Position numbers and translations under genes: made by a program
Virus record (IMG/VR): IMGVR_UViG_2737471861_000023
Length of the DNA: 19,938 nucleotides
Origin: a virus
Taxonomy: Duplodnaviria > Heunggongvirae > Uroviricota > Caudoviricetes
Strand: one strand, 5' to 3'
Part shown: positions 7,682-15,068 of the stretch, one piece after another
Position numbering within the stretch: position 1 is the first letter of the stretch
Layout of the letters: each line of letters begins with the position of its first letter
Notes under the pieces: generated by a model
Told to the model about the DNA's origin: nothing
Database searches by the model: none
The model's input: the letters and a program-made list of their open reading frames with translations, nothing else

Positions 7682-7995
7682 GACAACCTCCTGTATTGGA
7701 CGTACACCAGTCCTGATAAATATGAGGCTGTCTCATCATTGATTCAATATAACTATTGGGTATAGTTTCTGTGATTTTGTTCTGTAGAAATGGAACACAA
7801 CAACCAGTCTCCACCAGCACTTCTTTAAATACGCCAAGTCCGACGCAAGCTAACCTTCTAGTCCGCTTTGAGCGAACTGTGGAAGCTCGGAAATGTTGTT
7901 ACATCTGATGAAGGCATTACTCAAAGGAGGGGATAGTAGTCAACGTGGAGCAGGCCATGTTAGTATTTTTATACAATTCGACTAAGGGAAAAACA

Positions 7996-8865
7996 ATGAG
8001 GCTTTACATAATAGGAAATGGATTTGACATGCGTCATGGCTTACCAACAGGATACAAGCACTTTAAGTCGTATGTAGAAAAAAATGACCAAGATCTATAT
8101 GACGCGATAGAAGAATACATTCCTGCTGGGGACGAGTGGAATGAGTTAGAAAATGCTTTAGGTGAAATTGATTATGAGCTTATCCTTCAAAACAGTGAGA
8201 TATTTTTGGCTTCATACAATACCGATGATTGGAGCGATGCTTATCATCACGATTACCAATATGAAGTAAATAAAATCACACAAATGCTGTCAGCTCGTTT
8301 GAAGGAGCAATTCGCTGATTGGGTTAAAGGGATTAACATAGCCGATGCTTACAATCCTAAGCAATACATCCCGCCCATACCAAGAGAAAGCATCTATTTT
8401 TCATTTAATTATACAAATACCTTGCAGCAGATCTATGCCGTTCCAGACGAGCAAATCATACATATTCACGGCAATTGTAGTTACGATGACGATCTCATAC
8501 TTGGTCATAGTTTTAGGGTGGAAAAGTCACTAAATCCATATATAGGACCGGATCAAGATACAAGAATAGCAGAGGCATACGACAGAATAAACGAATACTT
8601 CGGTAATACATTCAAGCCCAGCGAAGACATAATTAAAGAAGAAAACGTTTTTTTCTCATCGCTTAAAAATGTGGACGAGGTCATCGTTTTAGGCCACTCG
8701 CTCGCCGAAGTTGACGGTGAATACTTTACTGAAATAAATAAAAGTATCCAAGAAAATGCTCGATGGATAATTGCTTTATATAGAGGTGAGAAAAAATCAG
8801 GCAGTTTAGAAGATTATGGTGTCAGAGGCTCAAATATTTCTTACGTACAGTATGAAGATATCTGA
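7996..8865 (+). CDS. AbiH-family abortive-infection protein homolog, 289 aa
   Basis: N-terminus MRLYIIGNGFDMRHGL carries the GNGFD motif I recall as diagnostic of the AbiH family; AGGGA SD; gene is AT-rich by eye. The track ORF start at 7945 (GTG) is considered an artefactual extension. Confidence 0.75.
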   Translation: MRLYIIGNGFDMRHGLPTGYKHFKSYVEKNDQDLYDAIEEYIPAGDEWNELENALGEIDYELILQNSEIFLASYNTDDWSDAYHHDYQYEVNKITQMLSARLKEQFADWVKGINIADAYNPKQYIPPIPRESIYFSFNYTNTLQQIYAVPDEQIIHIHGNCSYDDDLILGHSFRVEKSLNPYIGPDQDTRIAEAYDRINEYFGNTFKPSEDIIKEENVFFSSLKNVDEVIVLGHSLAEVDGEYFTEINKSIQENARWIIALYRGEKKSGSLEDYGVRGSNISYVQYEDI

Positions 8866-8954
8866 ATGAGACTTCATATTATAACTATAATTATGTAAAA
8901 AAGGCTGGTATTTTATACCTTGAGGAAAATAGATAAGAGGAATGAGGTTTGGTT

Positions 8955-10346
8955 ATGATGAATTATACTGATGAGTCAACTTTTCTTGAAAAGTACAAAC
9001 CGTTTAGGAAGTTTTGGACAATTTTATCACCTCATTATGTATCTTTAATGCATGCACTTGCCAAAATGATAAGGGGAGGGAATCCAATTCAAGAACTACC
9101 TTCCAATGATGAGGATTTTCTTGCAGAGTATGAAACCTGTCTCAAAAATTGGAAAGACTCACAAAAAATCATATCTTTTGAGATTATTATTCGGCTGAGA
9201 GATATAAAAAGATTGGAAACTGAAAAAAAAGAGCACCATCGAAACAAGGATAAAGAAAATAAAGAAAAGTGTATTGATGAAATAAGTTTAAAAAAAATTG
9301 AAATTCTTATTCTTCGCCGTTGTATTGACTCAATAATTTGGAGCATTCTTGATGAAGAACACTCTAGTTTGCGGCGTTTACCTATTAATGCAAGCAATGA
9401 CAATCTATCAGAAGATAACATAATTGATTCTATGGTCGCAGCCGATCTTATCAACCAGGACAAACACTCCGTAGCGATTGTCTCTGACATGAGCACATTT
9501 GTTCATGTGGGAGATTTAGTCACCTTTAATCTACTGGATGGCTTCCAGCTCGTGGAAGTTAAAACAGGTGAAAAGAATAATGAGCTTTATGAAGCTGCTG
9601 AATTTTCTGTTATCTCAGAATGTCCGCACTTTGAAGAAAACTTCATTAACAATATGCCTGACAATGATGTTAAGCAATTTAATCGCATAAAAAGGCAAAT
9701 CATTCGTGGCATGAATGTTCTGGAGGCGATTAATACTGGCGAGGGCTTTGACAACTTTCATCAGTCTAAAGTTAAAATCAATGAGATAGATCATCCGTCT
9801 GAATTTTATACCCACCGCTTAGTTAAAATGTGGGAGATTATTCGCGGAGGAAAAAATTGGGCAATTGATACTATTGATGAATGTTTGTTCTTAGGTATGT
9901 ACCGTGATTCTGAAATGGGCTTTGTTGCCTTCAATGGATGGATGGATAGTCTCGGTATAAAAAGCCCTGTTGTGAATATAAATGATTCATTCTTTGACCC
10001 TTTGTCTCGACCATTTATGAGTTTGCATCTGCCAACTGAAATGCTCTCCGATCTCATGTCGGGACAAATAATCATCGTCATGTGTTTTGACAATGAACTT
10101 TTTTTTCACCGTGCTAACAAAACGTACCCGGGTTTATATCTCCTTAGCGATGCAGCAAGAACAAAGCAGCCATTAGAAAATATTCTTCGTGTTGGTTCAC
10201 AAGGGATAGCTTCTTACGTAGATGGGAATACCAGCTTTTTAGGTAATGGTATTGAATCCCGTATCCTTTTCGATCAGCAACGACCCGACAACATTATTGA
10301 GTGGAGCTATGCTAGAAGCGATCTCAAAAAGCAACATGAAGCATAA
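8955..10346 (+). CDS. Hypothetical 463-aa protein co-transcribed with the AbiH homolog; candidate PD-(D/E)xK nuclease core (VHVGDLV...LVEVK) and Lys/Glu-rich region
   Basis: ATG at 8955 with GAGG SD, 89 nt after the AbiH stop, same strand; motif D189-x13-E203-V-K205 (track numbering) at nt about 9500..9565; no family recognised. Confidence 0.7.
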   Translation: MMNYTDESTFLEKYKPFRKFWTILSPHYVSLMHALAKMIRGGNPIQELPSNDEDFLAEYETCLKNWKDSQKIISFEIIIRLRDIKRLETEKKEHHRNKDKENKEKCIDEISLKKIEILILRRCIDSIIWSILDEEHSSLRRLPINASNDNLSEDNIIDSMVAADLINQDKHSVAIVSDMSTFVHVGDLVTFNLLDGFQLVEVKTGEKNNELYEAAEFSVISECPHFEENFINNMPDNDVKQFNRIKRQIIRGMNVLEAINTGEGFDNFHQSKVKINEIDHPSEFYTHRLVKMWEIIRGGKNWAIDTIDECLFLGMYRDSEMGFVAFNGWMDSLGIKSPVVNINDSFFDPLSRPFMSLHLPTEMLSDLMSGQIIIVMCFDNELFFHRANKTYPGLYLLSDAARTKQPLENILRVGSQGIASYVDGNTSFLGNGIESRILFDQQRPDNIIEWSYARSDLKKQHEA

Positions 10347-10608
10347 GCCGTTGGATGGGATTTCCCATGAATTGCCATGGATAATCTAGACACTTCGAGC
10401 CGTTGATAATGTTGATTTTCGTATTCTGTCGGTGGAGTATCCCGAAAGGTATAGAGCAAAACCTGGAGAAAACACACAGCATCCCATTTTAATCTTTAAC
10501 TCTGACCTTCCATAATGTCCGCTGTTGGCACAAAGCGGACAACCACGCTAGCTCTACCCTGTGCCACAAAATGTCAATTTGCATCTGAACTAATGCACTT
10601 TAATCTCG

Positions 10609-11031
10609 TCACTTCAATAAATACCGAACATCCCCCTGATAAAACGACAATATGCGCTGCATAACTTCGCTTTTACGACACTCAGTACAAATCATATTAT
10701 GACGCCTGTCGTAACGACGTATTTCTCCATCAGGTAATGACCAGATAAGGTCCGGATCAACCGCAGATGGTTTCTTCAGCTTTGCCCTTGAGAGCTTTTT
10801 ACGGGCATTTTGCCAGTCCTTACGCGCCTGTTCAGACGGGAATAACCCGTAACCAGAGTTGTATACATCGCCACTGGCAACCAGCTCTCTGGCCAGAACG
10901 CTCATCAGATATCTTGTTGCCCCAGTTTTAGCTTCCAGTTGTCGTAACGTCTCGCGCCCACTCTGGCGTACGAGTTCAAGAACCTGCCCTTTAATTTTTT
11001 CCCGCTCTTCTTGTGTAAAAACTTTTGCCAC
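10609..11031 (-). CDS. Hypothetical 140-aa protein downstream of the replication gene, GTG start
   Basis: GGAGG SD 4-5 nt before GTG; basic protein with CTEC motif; no family recognised. Confidence 0.55.
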   Translation of the reverse strand: MAKVFTQEEREKIKGQVLELVRQSGRETLRQLEAKTGATRYLMSVLARELVASGDVYNSGYGLFPSEQARKDWQNARKKLSRAKLKKPSAVDPDLIWSLPDGEIRRYDRRHNMICTECRKSEVMQRILSFYQGDVRYLLK

Positions 11032-11071
11032 AAGCCCTCCTGAAAATTACCTCATGACCAGAAATTAACAC

Positions 11072-12148
11072 TTACCCCCTGAAGCCCGGCGGAATTTCGT
11101 TATCCGGTTCAGAAATATGATTCACACAACGCTGGTTGTTCGTGCCGCTTACCGGGAGCAACCAGGGGTTCTCAAAATTCCGGTCCGGTCCAAAAAACGT
11201 CGTCGCTCGCTGAACAAATTCCGTTCCCGTTTTCCCGGTAGCCACCAAGTATCTTGCGTAACGCCTCACGCCATCCAGCATGGCCTCTGGTGGCACCCCC
11301 TCGCGTAATCTGGCCTTCCAGGCACTGAAAGCGGATTTCTTCGGGTTTGCTCCGGCACGCAACGGGTACTCCCGCCAGACCTGTTCGAACACATCCGGAT
11401 AATCCACTCGTCCCACAGACTGCCCGGTGTTTTCCGGGACTACCCGATCGGCTTCCCGCTGAATGGCGGAATCGGCTTCAGGCTGCTGCAGTTGGTGTGA
11501 TTGCTCCGGCCTTGCGGTCATCACCTGCTGCACAGCGCCCGAATCGGCTTTCAGCGCATACGCTGAATCGGCTTCCGGTGTCGTGCCTGCTGGCTGACCA
11601 AGATTGACGGTCTGAACATCCCCTGCCTGGTTCGTGGCGTTTTTTACGCCATGGACCATAGTGTTTTGATCTTCTTGATCTGTATCTTTATCTGTATCTT
11701 TATCTGTCGTGACTCGTCGTGACATGTGCGTGACATTTCGTGACGCGCCGTGACAATCGCCATTTTGTTCCCGCTTTCTTTCCCTCTCTCGCTGCGCCCT
11801 CTTGCGCTCTGCAGGAGATTTTGCGGTTTGCGAAATATTGCCGTTGTCCTCTTTAAGCACCTGGCGTTTTTCCCATCCAGTGATTAAATCACCATCAAGT
11901 ACCCGCCCCTGCATCGTCTGCAAAATTGAATCAATTACCTCTTCTGTCACGTCGAGCGCACTTGCCAAATCTTCTGTCGTGACATCAATGTGACCTCGCG
12001 TGACATTTCGTGACGCGCTCACCAGGAGGTGGATATACACTGCCATCACTGTTGCAATTGGCTGCCCTGACACCCTGGCAATTGTTCGCCACTTAGGGTC
12101 ATTTGGCATGTCATGCCATAATCTGAGCCAAGCGTTAGCCATACTCAC
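11072..12148 (-). CDS. ydaU: YdaU-like (DUF1376) putative replication initiator, 358 aa, with internal DKDTDKDTD repeat
   Basis: N-terminus MSMANAWLRLWHDMPNDPKW recalled as Rac YdaU-like; position after ydaS/ydaT; contains phased repeat arrays (see repeat features); real start may be the ATG at 12142. Confidence 0.75.
   Translation of the reverse strand: MSMANAWLRLWHDMPNDPKWRTIARVSGQPIATVMAVYIHLLVSASRNVTRGHIDVTTEDLASALDVTEEVIDSILQTMQGRVLDGDLITGWEKRQVLKEDNGNISQTAKSPAERKRAQRERERKREQNGDCHGASRNVTHMSRRVTTDKDTDKDTDQEDQNTMVHGVKNATNQAGDVQTVNLGQPAGTTPEADSAYALKADSGAVQQVMTARPEQSHQLQQPEADSAIQREADRVVPENTGQSVGRVDYPDVFEQVWREYPLRAGANPKKSAFSAWKARLREGVPPEAMLDGVRRYARYLVATGKTGTEFVQRATTFFGPDRNFENPWLLPVSGTNNQRCVNHISEPDNEIPPGFRG
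11708..11754. repeat. Array of five CGTGAC hexamers spaced 10-11 bp apart (candidate iterons), preceded by a tandem 12-bp repeat tatctgtatctt x2
   Basis: Hexamers start at 11708, 11718, 11729, 11739, 11749; positions cross-checked against the reading frame of the ydaU-like ORF. Confidence 0.6.
11946..12014. repeat. Second array: CGTGAC at 11978, 11999, 12009 and TGTGAC at 11989 (10-11 bp phasing) plus an inverted GTCACG at 11946; shares a 21-nt identical block with the first array
   Basis: Read from sequence and cross-checked against the ORF frame (protein repeat ASRNVT[H/R]). Confidence 0.6.
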
Positions 12149-12213
12149 CTCTTCTGATACCGAATCTTTTTACTCACGAGTTGCCGGAAGCGATTCGATA
12201 TGGCTATTGTCAG

Positions 12214-12639
12214 TCAATGTACTGCCACAGCATTTCCTGCCGGGCCACCACGGTTCATCTGATTGAAACCGGCGATTGCCACTGCGACAAAATCATCAGC
12301 GTCTCTCACCAATCGCTCCCGCGTCTCCACCAGCTCCCGAAAATAAGCTGAACTGTGGCTGCGCATTCTGGCCACCAGCAAAGGTGGCATTGCCTTTTCG
12401 ATCGCTGGTAACAACGCCTGAATTTTTTCAACTGCATCAGGGGTGTCTTTCTCTACCCAGCGGAAAATTTTCTGTGTATTGCGAGCCAGGGCTTCCGGAT
12501 GGCTGTCGTCATACAGTTCAGGAAACGTCATACCCAACTCAAAATAAGCCTGGGTTATTCCAGCTGCTGGAACTTTTTCGCCATCAGGACGCGCCCAGGC
12601 ATTCATCGCCATGCGGATGTGTTCATGCTTGATTTTCAT
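12214..12639 (-). CDS. ydaT: YdaT-like protein (CII-like fold; Rac-prophage toxic protein family), 141 aa
   Basis: Translation MKIKHEHIRMAMNAWARPDGEKVPAAGITQAYFELG... matches Rac YdaT as recalled; ATGA overlap with the ydaS stop. Confidence 0.85.
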   Translation of the reverse strand: MKIKHEHIRMAMNAWARPDGEKVPAAGITQAYFELGMTFPELYDDSHPEALARNTQKIFRWVEKDTPDAVEKIQALLPAIEKAMPPLLVARMRSHSSAYFRELVETRERLVRDADDFVAVAIAGFNQMNRGGPAGNAVAVH

Positions 12640-12866
12640 GAATCCCCCCCTTGGTTAGAAGGCGGATTATGATCAGAACCGGGAATGACAACCGTCGGTA
12701 TGTGTAACTCATATTTGAGCGCCCCGGCAGTGACTGCCTGAATTAGCAACGCCCATTTCCACGGAACCTCTTCCCCCCACATGCTGACTGTGGTTTTTGA
12801 CGTTCCTAGAGCTGCGGCTGTTTTAACAACTCCGCCAAAATAGCCTAATACTTCTGATTTTTTCAT
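12636..12866 (-). CDS. ydaS: YdaS-like Cro-type HTH protein, 76 aa
   Basis: Start at MKKSEVLGYFGGVVKTAAALGTSKTTVSMW (HTH) with GGAG SD; divergent from the CI-like repressor. Confidence 0.8.
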   Translation of the reverse strand: MKKSEVLGYFGGVVKTAAALGTSKTTVSMWGEEVPWKWALLIQAVTAGALKYELHIPTVVIPGSDHNPPSNQGGDS

Positions 12867-12940
12867 GAGTCGCTCCATAAAACTGAACGCCAAAAGTTTA
12901 ATAATCAAAACCAAAGAAAGTCAAGAAACAAAACCATCTG

Positions 12941-12958
12941 TGTTTTAAAATCAAAACA
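12941..12958. promoter_or_regulatory. Operator-like palindrome TGTTTT-aaaatc-AAAACA overlapping the repressor start codon
   Basis: Inverted repeat read from sequence; same architecture repeated at 13663..13680; ATCAAAAC also at 12904..12911. Confidence 0.4.
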
Positions 12959-13596
12959 TGAGCAAGCAAACAATATCTGAACGCATAACCCAACGTATGC
13001 ATGCGCTAAACCTGAAAGGCAAAGACCTTGTCAATGCCACTGGCGCATCAAAAGGCTCCGTAAGTCAATGGATGAACGGTGGAGGAGCGCCGTCCTCGCG
13101 TTACATAAGTTCACTGGCAAAGATATTGAAAGTAAACGAAAATTGGCTTCTTAATGGAGGAGAGTTAAATACAGGTGATTCGCTTGATCTATCTTTACCG
13201 CCGATAAAAACGGTTCCGCTACTATCACTTCAGCAGGCAGCAAGCTGGAGTGATTATATGAAAAATTCCTCAATAACCTCTTGTGTGCAGCTTGTCGGAG
13301 AAATCCCGGCCAATACCTTTGCAGTTGTTCTAGAGAGTGACAGTATGTCAACATCTGGTGGGGGAGTTTCCATCCCAAATGGTTCAACAGTTTTTGTTGA
13401 TCCCGATCGAACCGTACAACCAGGAAATATTGTCCTTGCCTTACCCAAAGGGACCACAACACCTGTCATTCGTAAACTGGAGATAGAAGGGCCGGATATT
13501 CTTTTAGTCCCCACGAATCCTCGCTACCCTTCAATTATGCTGGATGATCTATCTTGCATATTGGGCGTATGCTTTAAAATTCAACAAGATATTTAA
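12958..13596 (+). CDS. CI-like prophage repressor: N-terminal XRE-type HTH plus C-terminal S24 (LexA-like) peptidase domain, 212 aa
   Basis: HTH segment (LVNATGASKGSVSQWMNGG) and S24-like C-terminus with Ser (VLESDSM) and Lys (VIRKL); divergent arrangement with the Cro-like gene. Confidence 0.85.
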   Translation: MSKQTISERITQRMHALNLKGKDLVNATGASKGSVSQWMNGGGAPSSRYISSLAKILKVNENWLLNGGELNTGDSLDLSLPPIKTVPLLSLQQAASWSDYMKNSSITSCVQLVGEIPANTFAVVLESDSMSTSGGGVSIPNGSTVFVDPDRTVQPGNIVLALPKGTTTPVIRKLEIEGPDILLVPTNPRYPSIMLDDLSCILGVCFKIQQDI

Positions 13597-13662
13597 CCAA
13601 CCTCATCTATTTGATTAACTGTATGCCATCGTGGTGATGGCTTAACAGCTGCCTGCTTAAAA

Positions 13663-13680
13663 TGTTTTGATAAAAAAACA
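13663..13680. promoter_or_regulatory. Operator-like palindrome TGTTTT-gataaa-AAAACA abutting the -35 of the early-left promoter
   Basis: Inverted repeat read from sequence; identical half-sites to 12941..12958. Confidence 0.4.
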
Positions 13681-13709
13681 TTGACCTGAAAAGTTCATTT
13701 TTCTAAACT
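13681..13709 (+). promoter_or_regulatory. Candidate sigma-70 promoter for the ydfA-dicF-dicB operon (pL-like): -35 TTGACC, 17-nt spacer, -10 TAAACT
   Basis: Hexamers read from sequence at 13681..13686 and 13704..13709. Confidence 0.4.
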
Positions 13710-13888
13710 TCATTCATTCCCTCACCCCACCCCACAGAATGCAGGGCAATACTTCGAGTTACCAGGCAGTGGTCAGGGGTTAAGTAGCCAGCCCGAGGCG
13801 TAAGAACATGACGGCAGGGTTCAACTTTAATAACTATGCAGCAGGTTTTTGTTCCGCTACCCCGGCGTTAAGGGGAAATGAGGTCAAC

Positions 13889-14044
13889 ATGGATACTATC
13901 GATCTTGGCAACAACGAATCTCTGGTGTACGGAGTGTTTCCCAACCAGGACGGCACATTCACCGCGATGACGTATACCAAAAGCAAAACGTTTAAAACCG
14001 AAAATGGTGCCCGTCGCTGGCTGGAAAGAAACTCAGGTGAGTGA
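13889..14044 (+). CDS. ydfA: YdfA/YdaF-like small protein, 51 aa
   Basis: Internal ATG with GAGG SD; MDTIDLGNNESLVYGVFPNQDGTFTAMTYTK... recalled as Qin YdfA-like; the 78-aa track ORF start is rejected. Confidence 0.65.
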   Translation: MDTIDLGNNESLVYGVFPNQDGTFTAMTYTKSKTFKTENGARRWLERNSGE

Positions 14045-14045
14045 T

Positions 14046-14174
14046 ATGGATTTCGACACAATCATGAAAAAGGCTTACGAAGAGTACTTCGAAGGCCTTG
14101 CCGAAGGCGAAGAGGCTCTCAGCTTCAGTGAGTTTAAACAGGCGCTTTCCAGTTCGACAAAATCTATCGACTAA
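14046..14174 (+). CDS. ydfB: YdfB/YdaG-like small protein, 42 aa (MDFDTIMKKAYEEYFEGLAEGEEALSFSEFKQALSSSTKSID)
   Basis: ATG 1 nt after the ydfA stop with AGGTGAG SD; hand-translated; below the ORF-track size cutoff. Confidence 0.6.
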   Translation: MDFDTIMKKAYEEYFEGLAEGEEALSFSEFKQALSSSTKSID

Positions 14175-14185
14175 CGGGGTTAAAG

Positions 14186-14344
14186 ATGGAATTTAAAGAT
14201 TTACCTCCAGACACTCAGAAAATCGCCGCAGAAACACTGAAATCTCTCATTTTGAACGGGGAGACAGAAAAGGTAGATCCAGCTAAAAAACTGGCTCAAG
14301 AAATCAGAGAAGCCTTTATTGCTCTTTATCAGTCTTCTCCATAG
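14186..14344 (+). CDS. Hypothetical small protein, 52 aa (MEFKDLPPDTQKIAAETLKSLILNGETEKVDPAKKLAQEIREAFIALYQSSP)
   Basis: Hand-translated ORF 11 nt after ydfB; weak SD; overlaps a convergent minus-strand ORF by 29 nt. Confidence 0.4.
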   Translation: MEFKDLPPDTQKIAAETLKSLILNGETEKVDPAKKLAQEIREAFIALYQSSP

Positions 14345-14501
14345 CGGCTTGTTTTTCTTCTTTTAATATATTGCGGATTGTAATAACTGAATTAGCCGCC
14401 TCTGAAGGGGATGACATTTTGCCAGCCCGAATTAACTCAACTGTTAAGTTCAAAGCTGCAACAGATGGATAGGTAAATGGGTTAATTAACTTGTCTGACA
14501 T
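14316..14501 (-). CDS. Hypothetical small protein, 61 aa (MSDKLINPFTYPSVAALNLTVELIRAGKMSSPSEAANSVITIRNILKEEKQAAMEKTDKEQ), convergent and antisense within the dic operon
   Basis: ATG at 14501 preceded by GGAGG with 5-nt spacer; no family recognised. Confidence 0.4.
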   Translation of the reverse strand: MSDKLINPFTYPSVAALNLTVELIRAGKMSSPSEAANSVITIRNILKEEKQAAMEKTDKEQ

Positions 14502-14832
14502 TTTATCCTCCATTGAGGTTCTGGGTTAAAAATGGAGACCAACATGCTGCCACATGTGGTCGTGCGCCGGACACGGATAAGAATCCGGCACTGACAGTTT
14601 ACTGAAAGGATATATCCCTGAAAAGTCAGGGCATAACGCGAAAGCGCACGGCGAAGTTCGTCTCACTGTACGGTGTCGTTAAATTTAATTCGACCGTGCG
14701 CTTCCGGTTGTGGCACTCCGCGAAATGGCGCGGCGGTACGTATGGCGGGGTTATTCCTTCCCCCTGTTGAGGACACCGGGTTGTCAGGTTGACCATACGC
14801 CTGAGTGACAACCCCGCTGCAACAACCCATGT

Positions 14833-14885
14833 TGATTACCTTTTGGCGGCATCAGTTTCATTGCTGGCTGATGTCCGTCCTTTTT
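14833..14885 (+). ncRNA. dicF: DicF-like antisense sRNA (ftsZ-targeting family) ending in an intrinsic terminator
   Basis: TTTGGCGGCATCAGTTT... and the downstream CTTTTTAAAGTGAATTTTGTGATG.GGTGAATGCGGCT.AGCGCACGCGGAACAG block resemble K-12 DicF and its 3' flank as recalled; stem GGCGGCATCAG/CTGATG(t)CCGTCC followed by T5; exact 5' end uncertain. Confidence 0.55.
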
Positions 14886-15068
14886 AAAGTGAATTTTGTG
14901 ATGCGGTGAATGCGGCTCAGCGCACGCGGAACAGTTAAAAAGGCCAGTTGACTTCCGTATTGGTTCTTATGGGTGGGTTCTCTGTATCCGGCGTTAATTG
15001 TTAACTAGTTAACGTCACCTGGAGGCACCAGGCACCGCATCACAAAATTCATTGTTGAGGACGCGATA

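Noticed and set aside
7596-7820. 74-aa Cys-rich minus-strand ORF from the track
   Set aside because: Low-complexity Cys/Gly/Ser-rich translation, no SD at its start, and it overlaps in another frame the 29-codon ORF that does have a perfect SD; judged a chance ORF in a regulatory region
7945-7995. N-terminal extension of the AbiH-family ORF from the GTG at 7945 or the ATG at 7957
   Set aside because: AbiH-family proteins as I recall them begin immediately at the M-x-x-Y-I-I-G-N-G-F-D segment, and the ATG at 7996 has a well-spaced AGGGA SD; the extension remains possible but is less likely
9089-10093. Minus-strand track ORFs (9089..9496, 9615..9815, 9806..10093) antisense to the 463-aa gene
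   Set aside because: Antisense to a gene with clear SD and continuous frame; their translations are low-complexity and hydrophobic, as expected from reading AT-rich DNA antisense
11680-12015. Short direct repeats considered as a possible CRISPR array
   Set aside because: Repeat units are only 6 bp with 10-11 bp periodicity, lie inside a protein-coding frame and have no spacer structure or cas genes; interpreted as iteron-like binding sites
14626-14811. 61-aa minus-strand track ORF in the GC-rich stretch upstream of DicF
   Set aside because: TTG-initiated with no SD, and lies in a region dominated by nested inverted repeats, more consistent with structured RNA than coding
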